Under the pieces are notes generated by a model, which saw only the letters and a list, made by a program, of their open reading frames with translations, was not told the DNA's origin and ran no database searches. The position numbers were made by a program, and so were the translations under genes. From Octopus vulgaris (lineage: Eukaryota), in contig OX597830.1 of the NCBI GenBank assembly GCA_951406725.2, positions 2,232,001 through 2,296,000 on the forward strand: a DNA stretch of 64,000 nucleotides, in the 5' to 3' direction. Positions 52,355-64,000 of the stretch are shown here, one piece after another. Numbering within the stretch: the first letter of the stretch is position 1; each line of letters starts with the position of its first letter.

Positions 52355-55300
52355 ATGGAAACTTTACCGCATCCAAAAGACCTAGACTTTAATCAGGAAA
52401 ATCTAGCCGCAGCATGGAAAAAGTGGAAAAAAGAATTCAATTTCTTTTTGATAGCAACAGAAAGTGACATGAAGCCAGACAAAGTAAAAACTTCAATGTT
52501 TTTAACTTGCATCGGTTCCAAAGGCCGAGACATCCATTCCACTTTGGATTTCGATTCACCCGACGAAGAAATGAACCTTCAAACAGTAATCGAAAAATTC
52601 GATGCATATTGTGAACCCAGGAAAAACATAACTTTCCTGAGACACAAATTCTTCACATGTGGACAAGCGGAACATCAAAAATTCGATGAGTACGTGATAG
52701 AGTTGCGCCAAAAGGCACAACAGTGCGAATTCGGCAACCTCACAGACAGTCTCACCAAACATAATTTGATATGTGGAATCAGAGACATGAGATTAAGAGA
52801 AAGATTATTGAGAGAACCAAATTTAGACTTACAAAAAACAATTCAAGCAGGTCAGAGTGCAGAGCAAACACGACTCCAATCAAGGATGCTAAATGCCACA
52901 TCCGAAACAAGAGATAACGAAATCTCGAGGGTATATAGTCAACACGACAGAAAAGGCGCCAAAACTCAAATAACTCGCCATATGCAATCCAGACATCAAA
53001 ACGAACAAGGCGGAAGTGACAGAAAGCCCGCGAAGTTTCAAGCGCCAAGTCATCACTACGTCACTAACTGTCACTAGTGTGGTTATAATCACAAAAGAAA
53101 TAAATGCCCAGCATTTCACAAGACATGTGAAAAATGCAAGAAACAAGGACACTATGCAAAAATGTGCAAATCAAGAAAATTTGTACATAAAGTAGAGATA
53201 CTTACCGACGATGAATCAGATGACGATACACATGCACTCGAAATGATCACTGCAAATAATTCCCGCGTGCACAAAATCGAAAAGTTCAAGACTCCAAAAG
53301 ACATTTGGACGATTGAACTAAAAGTGAACAACTCGAATGTAACATTCAAAATTGATACTGGAGCAGACGTAACCGTACTGCCATTCAGAGAATATAGAAA
53401 TATAATTCCAAAACCACAACTGCAAAAAACCTCAACTCGATTATAAACTTACAATAACACAGCTATAAAAGTGCTAGGAAAATGCACAGCAGTCATTAAA
53501 TACAAAGAATTATCAAAACAAATAAAATTCATTGTTGTAAAAACAAACTCGCACGCAGTTATAGATGCAAAGACAGCTAAAGATCTTAACCTAATTCAGA
53601 GAATTTCAAAAATAAAATCGTCGAACACAAACGACATAATAGAAAAATATGAAGACTGTTTCGGAGAAATCGGCACTTTGTGAATAACACATCATATCAC
53701 AGTGGATCCACAAATAACTCCTGTAATTCATCCACCAAAATCGGTTCCTTTTTCTATAAAAGAAAACTCAACAAAGAATTAAAAAGAATGACAGAATTAG
53801 GTATCATAAAACCTGTTAGTGAACCTACAGACTGGGTAAATTCCCTAGTCATCGTTGAAAAAGCCAACGGAAAACTCCGACTCTGTTTAGACCCCAAGAA
53901 TCTAAACAAAGCCATAAAAAGGCAACATTTCAAACTCCCTACAGCGGAGGACATTTTTGCACAAATGCATAAACCTAAATATTTTTCGAAACTCGATGCA
54001 TCTAATGGATACTGGCAAATTCCAGTTGACGAAGAAAGCTCCCATCTGTTAACGTTCAACACACCTTTTGGAAGGTATCGCTTCTCACGACTACCCTTTG
54101 GAATTCACAGCGCCAGTGAAGTTTTCCAAAAAGAAATTGCAAAAATAATAGAGGGCATAGAAGGAGCAAGAAATTCACAGGATGACATTATAATCTGGTC
54201 CAGCACTTTAGAAGAACACACAAATAGACTACAACAAGTTTTCGATCGAATCCGAAAGCACGGATTAAAGTTAAATAAATCAAAGTGTATCTTCTATGAA
54301 TCACAAATCAAGTACCTTGGGCATATATTAACCAGCGATGGGATAAAACAAGATCCAACCAAAGTACAAGCAATCATTCACATGCCACTGCCAACAAGTA
54401 AAAAAGAATTACAAAGATTCCTAGGTATGACAAATTACCTATGTAAATTTTTATCTAATTACTCCGAAGTTACAGCACCATTACGCCAGCTTCTACAGAG
54501 TGACACGTTATGGTCATTCGACAAACCACAAATCGAAGCAATAAAAAAGCTAAAAGAAATGATTACCAGAAAACCAGTGCTACAATTTTATGATCCAGAT
54601 CTACCAATAAAAATAACTACAGATGCTAGTAAGCATGGGCTCGGAGCGATACTTGAGCAGAAACACAACGAAAGATGGCTACCTGTTTCGTTTGCATCTC
54701 GTGCAACAACTCAAGCAGAACAAAACTACTGTCCGATAGAGAGCGAAGCTCTCAGTATAGTTTTCGCATGCAAGAAATTTCATCAGTTTATATACGGAAC
54801 TCATTTCAGAATCGAAAATGACCATAAACCGTTGAAGCAAATATTCAAAAAATCGATCACTAAATGCCCCACCCCGAATCCAAAGATTTCTACTAACATT
54901 ACAAAGATATGATTTTGACCTAAACCACATACCTGGTAAAGAATCAATTGTTGCAGATACCCTATCACGTGCATACCTTGAGCAAAATACTCCAGAAGTA
55001 TCAGACGAAGATATGAAATCGCACATACATGCAGTAATAAAAAATTACCCCATAACCGACACTAAATTAAACGAGTATAAAGAAGCCACTGCAGACGACC
55101 CGTCACTACAGACACTCATTACATATACAAGAACAGAATGGCCCCCAAAAGACAAAATACCAATAAACATCAAACCATTCGTCTCCGTTCGTGATGAAAT
55201 ATCAATCATCAATGGTCTCGGTCTAAAAGGTTCAAGAATAATTGTACCTAAGTCATTACATAGAGAAGCTCTACAGGAAATACATACCGGACACATGGGT

Positions 55301-55522
55301 ATCGAAAAATGCATAGAGAGAGCCAAGGAATGTATATTCTGGCCTGGCATTAACGCTCAAATCAAAGACATGATTAACACATGCTCATGCTGCATCCACT
55401 ACAAAAACCAACAATCAGCCGAACCACTAATAAATCGTGAAATACCTACTACACCATGGACCAAAGTGGGTACAGACGTATTTCACCTGTCTGGAAATTC
55501 GTATGTCACAATAATTGCGTAA
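52355..55522 (+). pseudogene. gag-pol polyprotein, disrupted
   Basis: Gag NLAAAWKKWK, double CCHC knuckle (53069-53167), protease KIDTGAD, RT LRLCLDP/LDASNGYWQI/LPFG/QDDI, RNase H TDAS/E.EAL/DHKP, integrase zinc finger HTGHMG..CSCC. Confidence 0.92.
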
Positions 55523-55830
55523 TGCGTAATGCTTAAGAGCGCTAACTGAGGTTCTTCGCCACTCTTGAATGCCTTTTTAGCGTCTTTTTTATTGTCAGTA
55601 TATTTCTCTCAACCATGCTATTCGCTTGATGATAATGCGGGCTTGTCTTCGTGTGATGAAAATGCCAATTTTTTGCAAATTTTTTGAATTCAGCCGAATT
55701 GAATTCTGGACCGTTGTCACTTACAACTGTTTGCGGAATTCCGAATTTAGCAAAAGTTTCTTTTAATTTTTTTATTACGGTTTTTGACTGGCAATCATTT
55801 ATTTCGTGTAGATCAAAAAATCTTGTTGTA
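55517..55830 (-). pseudogene. Inverted integrase catalytic core
   Basis: Minus strand TTRFFDLHEI..FGIPQTVVSDNGPEF..SPHYHQANSMVER continues plus-strand ..YVTII. Confidence 0.9.
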
Positions 55831-55965
55831 CAACAACGGCAGTCTAATAAAGTATCTCGTATCGTTAACACGTTTTTTCAGTCTCTCTCATTTTCTTAAT
55901 CTTTCATACTAAGTACTCACTACTTCCTTTAATACTCAATACATTATATTTATATAACAACAACA
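55826..55965 (+). repeat. 3' LTR, missing its first 98 bp
   Basis: 139/140 identical to 52137-52276 by manual comparison. Confidence 0.93.
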
Positions 55966-57169
55966 GGCATATGCGGACGATGTCACCTTCATAGTGTCGA
56001 GCGAAAAACACATCCAGATGATAGGCGTGACACTAAAAGAATACGAAACGGTGACGGGAGCGAAAATTAACCCGGAAAAGTCAGTGGGTTTGCTACTCGG
56101 CACCTGGAGAAGCAAGCCTATACCGTCCAACTGCGACTCAGTAGTGGGATGCTGGACGGACGGACCAGTTAAATTGCTCGGGGTCTGGTTCAGTCCGGAC
56201 CTCCAAATGGATAAGAACTGGGACGAGATCACGAGTAGAGTGGTCGCTCTCAGCCAAACATGGGCCGAGAGAAAGCTGTCTCTAAATGGTCGGGCGGAGG
56301 TGGCGAACGCGTACATCGCATCCGTCATCGATTACCGCCTGACCGTCGTGCCTTGTCCCGACGCCACCATCACCAAACTGGAGCCCATACTCTTCCGCCT
56401 CCTGTGGAAGGGTGGCGTTCCGATGGTGAGGAAGTCCATTTGCTGTCAACATCCGTTGAATGGAGAACTGGGCATGCCGAGGTTGATGATGCGCAGGCAT
56501 GCGCTGAGACTGCAACTTACAAACGACTAAAGCGTTCTATAGAGGACTAGTGGAGGGAAGGTCCGACGACACACTCGGGGCAAACCTGGGCGTCGACGAG
56601 AAATTCCTAACCCGCCTTTTCAAGGCGACGTTCGGTCCGGGGCCTATGGATAACTTCCAGAGATCCCTGGCTTGGCAATGCTATCGAGACGCACTACCTG
56701 TTCGAGAGAAGAGCTACAGGCATGGTTCGAAAACCACCACCGGACCGACCTGCCCGAGATGCGGTCAGAACGATGAAACCGTTCTGCATGCACTCGTGCT
56801 GTGTTCAGATATTTAAGAGCTGTGGACCTTCGTCGAACAGCTGTTGTCGCGTGTAGGACGGGCCCGCTTATCGGCCGAGTCTATCGTGAATATTTTCCAC
56901 CACCTTCCTTTAAACGGGAAGGGAGAACGGTTTTCGTAACACTGGTGCCGATGGCGAAAGAATGTGTGTGGTGGACGCGTTTGAAAGGGCTACAAACAAA
57001 CACTTTCCTCTCTGGTCAGTCTCTCGTCAACTTTTTCAAGTACCACTTGAAAAGGAGGATGAGAATAGGGAGGAAGGCTTTGTCGAATGAATGTTTCAAT
57101 AAAAAGTGGGTAAAAGTGGCAAAAATGGTCAGTATGAAAGACGACACCATTTTAAGCGTAAATCTGTAA
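55966..57169 (+). pseudogene. Tx1-like ORF2, 3' part (YADD onward, zinc finger)
   Basis: AYADDVT, GAKINPEKS, KLLGVWF, LSLNGR, GELGMP, CPRCG..H...C. Confidence 0.9.
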
Positions 57170-57479
57170 CCAAAAGAAACAACGAGAAGTAAGGCGACTT
57201 GCTCATGTGTACTTTTTCGAACTGTCTGAGGTGACCTTGGTCTTTTTTGTAGGTTTTTCTTTCCAAGGCTACACACAAACTGTGAACAATAGCGATCCCC
57301 CCGCCCTCTTTCTGGGGGAACTTTATATATATTGCTTTTTATACACCACATAACCCACAGATCCCTATTGATCGAACGTTTTTCTTTGTGTGTCCCACCA
57401 ATCCCACCTTGAAAAGAAAAACTCTACATTGTATTTCGTCCATTTGTTCTGTTTAGCCCTGTGTGGCCACAATAAAATG

Positions 57480-57480
<1 letters not shown>

Positions 57481-57567
<87 letters not shown>

Positions 57568-57570
57568 TTA

Positions 57571-57638
<68 letters not shown>

Positions 57639-57760
57639 CCTCTCTGTCTATCTATCTATCTACCTATCTATTTGTCTGTCTTTCTGTCTGTCAATCTGTC
57701 TGCTTCTAAGTCTGCCTGTCTATCTGTCAATCTATCTATCTACCTAGCTATCAGACTATC
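57481..57760. repeat. (TATC)n/(TGTC)n/(TC)n microsatellite, 3' flank of the Tx1-like element
   Basis: Direct reading. Confidence 0.95.
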
Positions 57761-58854
57761 TTGCCAGTTAACAAGCTCACCATCTAACTATTTGTCTATC
57801 TACATATTCATCCCTCCATCTACCTAGCTGGCTATCTACCTATATATCAATCTCTCTCTCTCTTTGAACACACACATGTTCCAACTATTTGATATGTGCA
57901 CTTCATGGGGATCCATAATTATACCTATATGAACCAAAATGATGAATAGGTGTTTCTTAATTAGAAATTAAGCTTTTATCTGTTCCACTTTATATCACAA
58001 TTTATGAAGGCAAGCATCATAGGTTACAGCTATTGAACAAAGCAATCACTGGTTCACTGCATTTCTAGTAGCAAACAAGGGAGTATTTGTAACTCAGTGC
58101 TGAGTACACATCACAAGAGATTTTGTTTAAACAGCATGGGATATTTTCAGTCTGCAACATTTATACATATGAACACACACACGCACACACACTTACACAC
58201 ACATACACATATACACTTACATACATGAGTGTGTGACTGACAAACAAGCAACGGCAATGTTTGATAGAGAGAACATTCAGCCATTCTCAGAACATAGGGA
58301 ACCTCATTGATGCTGGTGCCATTATACAGTCCACTCTGTAAAGTGGATGGTGTTAGGATGGTCATCAAGCAGTGGAAATGATGCCAAAAACAGAATGCAT
58401 GAGTAAAATGCTATTCATATAAGAATGACTCAGATCTTGAAACCTGTTGAATCCATTCTAGCATGGAAAGCTGAAGTAAAACTGAAATTGGCAATGATGA
58501 TGTTGTTGATGATGATGATGACCATCATGATTATGATAATCATGATAATGTTGTGTATAAGAGAGCTTCAGTGAGATTTCTCTTCACCAAATCTCATTCA
58601 TGAGCCATTGGTAAATATGATGGTAAAGTACAAGACATTTGTTTAAGGTACTGCAGGATAGGACTGAACCAGAATCTCTATCAAACATTGCTGTTGTAAC
58701 CTGCCCTAATCCTACCACAATCACACCGGCATGTTTATGTAGGAATGAAAATAAGAAGTGTTAATGTTCCTTCATATCTTTGCTACAAAACATTTGCAAA
58801 ATAAAACTGAAAATCAAGTTACTATGGCTAAATTTGATCAATGTTAGAATCCTA

Positions 58855-59140
58855 GGCACAGGCTTGGCTGTGTAGTCAGAAGTTTGCTTGCTAACCACAT
58901 GGTTCCAGGTTCAATCCCAGCCTATCATAAGTGTGTGTGTGTGTGTTTATTCACACCACTGCTCAATAACCAGTGTTGGTGTGTTTACATCCCCAAACCT
59001 GGTTTGGCAAAAGAGACCACTAGGATAAGTACTAAGCTTTAAAAAAAACAAGCACTAAGGTCAATTTGTTTGTCTAGAATTATTCAACGTGATGCCCCAG
59101 CATGGCCACAATCTAATGACTGAAACAAGTGAAAGCTAAA
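58855..59140 (+). mobile_element. SINE family C with CR1/L2-like tail
   Basis: Head GGCACAGGCTTGGCTGTGTAGTC..GGTTCAATCCC; tail TGCCCCAGCATGGCCACAATCTAATGACTGAAACAAGT. Confidence 0.85.
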
Positions 59141-59272
59141 AAATTCTGGTGTGGAGTGCATGGGGAGTTACAAGGGTCATTCTGTAACCCTGTGATTTTC
59201 ATTTAACAATTCTTTGAGCAAGTACTTTCACTCAAAACCTCCATGTAATCAATACCATGACACAGAACTTTT

Positions 59273-60099
59273 GGGGCTAATGCAGTTTCGCACCTCTCTT
59301 TGTAAAATGCAGTTTTTTGAAAAACATTTTTTCAGATTCCTACATTTTAGATGTTGGAGATTATGAATATGCAAAAAAAAATTTTTTTAATCTCCCTCCC
59401 CCCACACATACAGCCCCTTATAAAATTTTGAATTTTTTCAAAATTTCTTTTTTCCTTATGTTTTAGATGACAAATTCCGAATATGCCAGAAGCCACATTC
59501 CCAAAATTTTTAATTCAATAAGATTATAGATATGTGTATAAAGAGATAAATATGAATGTCTTCCTACAACAGTAACACCGTCCTCTACAAGCCCACCACA
59601 TTTAGTTGACAAATATATTTTATGAATAAACAGAAAGGGATAAATAGATAGACAGACAAATGAATAAAAGGGTGAAAAAGTTCAAAATTTGAAATTGGGG
59701 GAGGGGTGAAATTTGAGCCCCTTATTAAACTTTATAACATTAATTATTAAATATTGTTTGTTTCTCATAAAATGGCTTGCATGGGGATGTGGTGTATTTT
59801 TAATTTACATTATATTATTATTTATGATTATTTAAGGTAAACAAGTAAAACACAAATTCTTCTCACTTTAATGTTTTTGTCTGTATTTAATTTCAATTTG
59901 CATATGTTCGTTAATTTGCTACGATCTCTTTAGAGCAAACAAAAACCTAAAATTTAAATTGGGAGAGGAGAGAGTGGGGTTAAATGAAAAAATTTTTCTT
60001 TTTTTTTTTGCATATTCATAATTTCTGACATCTAAGCCTGAAAAAACTTTTGCAAAATAATGCATTTTTCAAGGAGAGATGCAAAAATGCATCAGCCCC
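59273..60099. mobile_element. Non-autonomous DNA transposon (MITE): imperfect TIRs over 100 bp, 8-bp TSD
   Basis: TIRs GGGGCTRATGCA..TTATGAATATGCAAAAAAA at both ends; TSD GAACTTTT (59265-72) and GAACTTTC (60100-07). Confidence 0.8.
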
Positions 60100-60383
60100 G
60101 AACTTTCTATCATAACTTCAGAATGACCAACATCTTGAACAAGTACCTTCAGTAATAATCCTTGTATGAATAATATCTTGACCACGTGTCTTCTGTCTGA
60201 GCCTCCTCTGCATGATCAAACCTTGCAATGAATTTCCCAAACAGAAATTGTATTGAGGCCCATCATCCCCATGACTAATTACATTTAGTGGGTTTCATCT
60301 TTCAGTCACAATGCACAATACTAGCGGCTGGTGCTAGTATGACTACTACTATTATTACATCAGTAATAATCCAACAAAGAAAG

Positions 60384-60598
60384 GTGGCAAGCTGGCAGAA
60401 ATGGTAGCATGCTGGGTGAAATACTTAGCAGTATTTTGACTGTCTTTTTACATTCTGAGTTCGAATTCCGCCAAGGTCAACTTTGCCTTTCATCCTTTCG
60501 GAGTCAATAAATTAAGTACCAGTTGCATACAGGGGTCGATCTAATCGCCTGGACACCTCCCCCAAAATTTCAGACATTGAGCCTAGAGTAGAGAAGAA
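60384..60598 (+). mobile_element. SINE family A
   Basis: GGTGGCAAGCTGGCAGAA..GAGTTCGAATTCCGCC..CTTTGCCTTTCATCCTTTCGGAGTC..GCCTAGAGTAGAGAAG; flanked by AATCCAACAA/GATCCAACAA (possible TSD). Confidence 0.85.
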
Positions 60599-61052
60599 TG
60601 ATCCAACAAGGAGTTTCTACATGGTCTCTCAATCTCTTAGAAATAGTAGCCAAATCTCCCTCAAATCACACCTTTTCATTAAAAAGGACATGGTGATTAA
60701 TGGGGATTTCGTGTTGTCTATAAGAAAGAGACGTGGGTGTCAAGTCAGGAAAGCCTTCTATCATAGGTCAGTTCAATCAGGTTTGACCTGTTGCTAAATA
60801 ACAACAACCTGTGACTGTGTGTTGAAACAAAGGCAATTATGCTGTGGAAGGACCACATGGAAACCTAGAAAACCTATTGAATCCTATCTCCCTTAACATT
60901 TTGAGCTGTTCAAATGTTTGACCCACAACTATTATTGAATTAAGGAGGAAGCTGGTTGCTAATCTGGTCACTGTTGTAAAAGGAACTGACTCTCCTGGTC
61001 ATTGTTGTGAGGTCAATATTTTAGCAACTCAGAAAATAAATAAAAATTGCAT

Positions 61053-61270
61053 TTAACCGTTTAGCATTCTGTCGAATGTGGTGTTTTTTGATTCCCGTTG
61101 CTTTGAATCAATCATACATTACTTTGTAGCTTTGAGATTTCATTGATGTGATTGTTTATTTTAAGAATGACATTGTAAGGTAGGTGTGAGAGGCCAGATC
61201 TAACCAGTTTGAACCTAAAACAGGTGGAATATTTAGGCCAGATGTGGCTGGTTGAAATACGAGTGGGTTT
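61053..61270 (+). mobile_element. TTAA-start (piggyBac-like) MITE
   Basis: TTAACCGTTTAGCATTC..; homologous to 38571 and 10005. Confidence 0.6.
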
Positions 61271-62020
61271 TGATGTAATTGCAACAAAGATTAATTTGAT
61301 GACTATAATGGCTCCTTCTAATGGTACAAAGTCAGAAACTAGTCAGAAGAGAGAAGGACTGATTGAAGCAATATCATTTCATAGTATGCGTTTGTTTCCA
61401 TGGCTTCAAATAAATACAATACAAAATTGACCATGGTAAAGTTTGAACTCAGAATGTAGAGTTTTACAATTGATACTGCTAAGGATAATTATTATTGAAA
61501 TAATATGTAAAGCAATTTATATGGACATTTTACAAGATCTATCTCTTTAATTGTAATACTAAATATTTCAGGCTGTGTGTTTATATAATTTACACTCACA
61601 TTTCAACATTGAAATATTTCACTTTTAAATTCTAAAAGAACAATAAAAACCAAAATTCAACGATAAGGAAAGCTTAGATGTTGTTAAGAGAATATTGCCT
61701 CTCTCAAGTTTCATTATACCCTGAGGGTATCTGATGGCATTTGAAGGAAGGGTAATAGGGAGGGAAAGTGTCTACTTTATTAAAACCATTTATCAGAATA
61801 AAATAATTAACTCTTAAAAATAACTTTGTTTTTATTCAACTCAGAAGCTTTATTATTTCACACTAATGTTTGTGGTTAGAAATTAAAAATAAAACACAAC
61901 TGTTAGAAGGTCTACATTTTCATCTTTATATGATATTTTTTTATGGAAAGCAAAAGTTTCTTAAGGATCCCAGCAAAGAAAAGGCAGAAAATCAATGGTT
62001 TGATGCATAGCCTTGTTATT

Positions 62021-62110
<90 letters not shown>

Positions 62111-62479
62111 CTGATCATTTTGTCTATCTCGATCTCTCTCAGACCAACTTTCATGATATAAAATTCTGGAAACTGGGTTTGAAATAAGACAATATGTTTT
62201 TAGTGTTTTTATCTATTTCTCTGTTTTATCTTATCATTTAAGTCCAGACCAGCATTGAACAAACATTTGATCAAACACCATCCACCCATGACTATCTCAT
62301 CATTCCCAGCAGGCAGGTTGCAACTGGGATCACATTAACCAGAGTATTTTTTCTTTTTTATTTAAAAGGCAATTTGACTACTATTTCAATCAAATCAAGC
62401 AGCTAGATAAAGAATTCCTCATAAATTCAGTTAGTCAACTAATTATAAGTTAGGATAATACCTATGAGCAAGTAAGATG

Positions 62480-62725
62480 CAATCATTTGCATAAAGACGG
62501 TCACGAATAAGAGACTGAAAATCTCTTCAGAAATGGCAGCAAATCGATGCAAGAATATTAGTGCCCCAGAAGAACAATTCACAGCTTAAGTAAGGGTATA
62601 AATGCAGAGGAAAGAGAATTGGAGCAACAATGTTCCCTTGCTTGACACCATTCTCAACAGAAATGGGTCCCCATCATTCCACTACTGACATTAACCCATA
62701 CCTCCATCCCATTATGAAATGATTT
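62480..62725 (-). pseudogene. Degenerate RTE-clade RT fragment
   Basis: FHNGMEVWVNV..VENGVKQGNIVAPILF resembles the RTE HDGM..GVKQG..LAP.LF signature. Confidence 0.7.
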
Positions 62726-62780
62726 GATATATTTATATGTACACTCATACATACACACACACACACGCATACACACATAC

Positions 62781-62822
<42 letters not shown>

Positions 62823-62824
<2 letters not shown>

Positions 62825-64000
62825 GCTTGGGTTCGTCAGTCGTTTTTCACTCATAGACAGAGAAAAAATTGACATAATTCTATTAGCTAGAAAAACCATA
62901 ATAGAATTCGACGGTAGACTCTGAACCAGATCCGATACCCCCGACAACTTCGATGTGGCTATGGGCTCGAGCGATTCAGCTCAGGTGACTGACTTGGTCG
63001 GGGCCTACCTGCTCAAGAAGCTTTTCTCCGAGGTACCGGATCTTCAGGGGGGTCTATACAGAGACGACGCTCTCTTCATATACCCCACCAACAATAGGAG
63101 TAAACTAGAAAGAATTAGGAAAAAGATCAGGCTTTTTTTCAAATCCTTCAATCTTAAACTAGAATTTATGACCAACACTAAAATAGTAAACTTCTTAGAT
63201 GTTACGTTAGATTTGAATAAGCACCTTCACTACCCGTATAGGAAACCAGAAGAAACTACCAAATACATCCATACCTCTTCCAACCATCCACCCTGTATAA
63301 TTAGCACCACGGTCCAAGCCATCTCAGACAGACTGACAAAACTATCCTCTAATAGAGAAATTTTCAATAATCATGCACAACACTACAACCAGGCTCTCTA
63401 TAGTGCCGGGTATAACCAGAGAATATCATATGTAGACCACCCGGGAACGTCCGTCGGCCATAAGACTCCCAATTATAATCGAACTCAGCACTCAACTCAC
63501 ACTAGAGATAATTCTAATTTAAACTCCAAACAACGTATAGGAAATAGGCGAACTAATAGAACAGCACACAATAGTAACCCTCCCGACGAGAACAATATAG
63601 ATCCTATTAGGAGAAATAGAAGGGATAATAGTAGATTACGCAAATATATATGGTTCAACATACCTTTCAACTTAGCAGTTAGGGGTAAGTTATGTAAGAG
63701 AATATTCTCTATAATTTCCAACAACTTCCCACCCACCCACAAGTATAGAAGTATCTTCTCCAACAAAACTATTAGGATTTCCTACTCTACCCTGCCCAAC
63801 ATGAGCTGCCTCATAGCTAAACATAACTATATTAATATTAGAACAGCTAGATCAAGAACAAACCATAGCGACCAACAGAACCCCCCTCACCTAGACAGTA
63901 GACAATATAACCAGACTGACAGCCATACTACCCAAACAGTTAGTAATAACACCCGCCAACACAACAGAGGAAATGCTACACCCATCAACAACCAGGAGGA
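62823..64000 (+). mobile_element. 5'-truncated Penelope-like element RT (FDV.MGS / LYRDD type); runs off window end; mostly missing from the ORF track
   Basis: Manual translation: one TGA (62922-24), then open to 64000: FDVAMGSSDSAQVTDLVG, GLYRDD, VNFLDVTLDL, PYRKP, SNHPP, AGY, IWFNIPF, ISYSTLPN. Starts directly after (TA)n. Confidence 0.9.

Larger units (their letters stand above)
52039..55965 (+). mobile_element. Ty3/gypsy LTR retrotransposon (Mag-like), internally rearranged
   Basis: TG..CA ends; TSD GGCAT at 52034-38 and 55966-70; PBS; gag-PR-RT-RH-IN domain order. Confidence 0.95.
47622..57480 (+). mobile_element. Full-length Tx1/L1-clade non-LTR retrotransposon (5' UTR, ORF1, ORF2, 3' UTR), disrupted, with nested LTR element
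   Basis: ORF1 with zinc knuckle; ORF2 APE (NVRGL, SETR, VGDWN, YLDRI, TDH, GYWKLN), RT (FRPITLLNADLKILAK, KAFDRVDH, YADD), C-terminal CPRC..ETVLHALVLC; 3' AATAAA then (TATC)n. Confidence 0.93.

Noticed and set aside
53075-53077. Programmed gag-pol readthrough stop
   Set aside because: The TAG lies inside the first zinc knuckle, not after gag, and other stops follow; this is ordinary decay.
62922-62924. TGA as selenocysteine or alternative genetic code
   Set aside because: Single occurrence at a probable Trp codon; a TGG to TGA mutation is simpler.

Overview
Eukaryotic, AT-rich window saturated with microsatellites. The repeat landscape suggests a coleoid cephalopod, probably Octopus (my inference). 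Most ORF-track entries are microsatellite artefacts; the real coding sequence is retroelement. Contents: (1) a full-length Tx1/L1-clade LINE (47622-57480) embedded in a (TATC)n array, with a Mag-like Ty3/gypsy LTR element (52039-55965, 5-bp TSD GGCAT) inserted at the Tyr codon of its YADD motif; the gypsy element has an inverted integrase core. (2) A young 5'-truncated R4/Dong RLE-LINE in (TAA)n, plus older fragments. (3) A CR1/L2-group LINE. (4) Three Penelope-like element (PLE) coding fragments next to (TA)n. (5) Several type I hammerhead ribozyme motifs, including a foldback cluster at 41.3-42.1 kb. (6) Many tRNA-derived SINEs, two families of which share 3' tails with LINE types present in the window. 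(7) MITEs. (8) A weak candidate minus-strand host gene with three phase-compatible exons. No rRNA, true tRNA gene or CRISPR array was seen. Strongest leads: a possibly (TATC)n-specific Tx1 element, a SINE with a Tx1-like tail, palindromic hammerhead cassettes, and partitioning of microsatellite types among retroelement clades.
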